Shown: positions 60,789-62,079 of the stretch, piece by piece
How positions within the stretch are numbered: the first letter of the stretch is position 1
Layout of the letters: each line of letters opens with the position of its first letter
Assembly: GCA_010093995.1 (NCBI GenBank)
Contig: ML992502.1
Coordinates: 570,738 to 632,816, forward strand
DNA from: Elsinoe ampelina
Taxonomy: Eukaryota
Length of the DNA stretch: 62,079 nt
Direction: 5' to 3'
The notes under the pieces: model-generated
Databases searched by the model: none
Told to the model about the DNA's origin: nothing
Seen by the model: the letters and a program-made list of their open reading frames with translations, nothing else
Position numbers and translations under genes: made by a program

Positions 60789-61225
60789 GGTATTCAGCAG
60801 CCGAGATGTTCAGTCAAGTGGTGTGATTGAACTTGACGATTCCTTACTTGGGGTCTTAAATCGTTGAGCAATGACAGCTGATGAATGAATGACTGTAGGC
60901 AGCTGCAGGCAGCATAGCTCTCGAGCTCCCTAAATGAACGGTAGTCAATGCAGGTGGTGAGACAGTGCTCAAGCCATCAACGCCTAATTCGGTGAGGCTA
61001 AGCGAATCAAGTGAAGCAGGAGAAGTTTAGCAAATGACCTCTCACGATTGATCGACAACTACCACAGAACTGTCGTGTCTCACCGGACGGGAGCCTGACA
61101 CTTGACTGATATTCACGTGGTGAATGATGGATTGTGTGGCAGCATGCGAGGTTGATCCGTGGCGAGTTGTTCAGCCGCACCAGGCACCAGCGCGTCTTGG
61201 CACTATGCACGTGACGCAAAGACTG

Positions 61226-61484
61226 TGTTGACTTGTGTAGGGGAGGAAAAAGGATTGATTACTGCCTAAACCACCAAAATGAGGTAGATTATAACTACAT
61301 AAATACTTAACCTAGTATACTAAAAGATAGCTAAATCAAAAGAACTCCTTAATAGTAGTAGATTAAGATAATAATTATCTAATTTAATTATAGATTAGTA
61401 AAATAGTAAGATAGTGTTTAGTTTAACCTTAAGATAAACTAAATTAGAGTCTTCTTAGCGCTCTAGCTTATACCTCGGTTAATA
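61226..61484 (-). repeat. 3' LTR (about 259 bp) of the copia element
   Basis: Begins TGTTGAC at 61226 and ends GTTAATA (RIP form of GTCAACA) at 61484; followed by TACTCCTTT, a PPT-like purine run on the minus strand. Confidence 0.7.
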
Positions 61485-62079
61485 TACTCCTTTACTAAGT
61501 AGCTATAACTCTATAATAGCTAGTTAGTAGACTACTAACTTAAGGGATAGCTATTATAAGAAGGCCTTATACCTTCTAGGTAGTAATAACTTAGTTAATC
61601 TATTAGCTAAGGTATCTACTAATAGTGTCTATATTACTAAGATAGGGCTAGATAGATCTCTAGCTTAATTAATCTCTTGTTTTAGCTAATAATAATAAAT
61701 ATTAATATAGTAAAGATATGTATTTAGCTTCTTAATTAGAGTAGTAATAAGACTAATAGTTTACTAATTATTATACTAAATACTAACATGTTTAAGGGAA
61801 TAGATAGAGGCTATTAGCCTCCTCTACTACATAGCTTACTTAGTAGTCTCTATAAGAGTAAGTAGCTTAGCCTCTATAGTTAATATTATAACTATTAGTT
61901 ACTTTATAGCCTTCTAGTTAATTAATCCTTAAAACATCTTAAAGAGATAGCCTTAAAGGCTCTTCCTTATTAAGTAGCTACTAAAGCTAGTATCTAATAA
62001 AGCTTAAAAGATTAGTAGTAGTATTAAGCTATTAAAGGTAAGAGCTAAATTCTTAGTTTTATAGAGATATTAGATTACT
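61226..62079 (-). mobile_element. RIP-inactivated Ty1/copia LTR retrotransposon, 3' end (RNase H, PPT, LTR)
   Basis: Minus strand reads LANRLTK at 61610-61590 (ADGLTK after G>A reversion), YINIYYY*LKQE at about 61709-61674 (HIDIHHHWLKQE) and YNN**TI at about 61775-61755 (CDNQQTI), all copia RNase H motifs; TpA-rich. Confidence 0.85.

Noticed and set aside
1..62079. Single giant transposon or Starship with the terminal repeats as TIRs
   Set aside because: The repeats are copia LTRs whose termini face inward; no transposase or tyrosine recombinase is visible, and the enclosed genes are core housekeeping genes (SAM50, RCC1, TOF1, PAM16).
1..62079. tRNA, rRNA or CRISPR features
   Set aside because: None recognised by eye; a covariance-model scan would be needed to exclude small RNAs.

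Overview
Eukaryotic DNA from a filamentous ascomycete (Pezizomycotina-type genes, ~45-60 nt spliceosomal introns, RIP-mutated repeats). A ~61 kb gene-dense block (about 27 protein-coding genes plus one apparently frameshifted gene) is bracketed by two copies of the same RIP-degraded Ty1/copia LTR in inverted orientation: an LTR end at 1-219 and a 3' LTR + PPT + RNase H remnant at 61226-62079. Recognisable genes include a sulfite-oxidase-family Mo enzyme, a membrane-anchored fucose-lectin-like protein, a UFD1-like/zinc-finger/AZUL protein, PAM16, a Pex23/Pex30-family peroxin, SAM50, HRI1, YIP1, two MFS transporters, NAPE-PLD, cytochrome c heme lyase, RCC1, a cyclase-family hydrolase, a TMEM16 scramblase, a metallophosphoesterase, DUO1, a GPI cell-wall protein, TOF1, a CinA/PncC-like protein and a ~1820-aa nucleotidyltransferase-like + ankyrin protein. 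Most notable: (1) about 14 short islands where the + strand flips abruptly from C/A-rich to G/T-rich regardless of gene orientation; (2) a hidden 21-aa metallothionein with tandem Ace1-like elements and an intron-like segment right after its stop codon; (3) the NTase-ankyrin fusion with a GC-AG intron; (4) the inverted copia LTRs; (5) a multiply frameshifted secreted-protein gene. All family calls come from motif recognition by eye; no database search was run.
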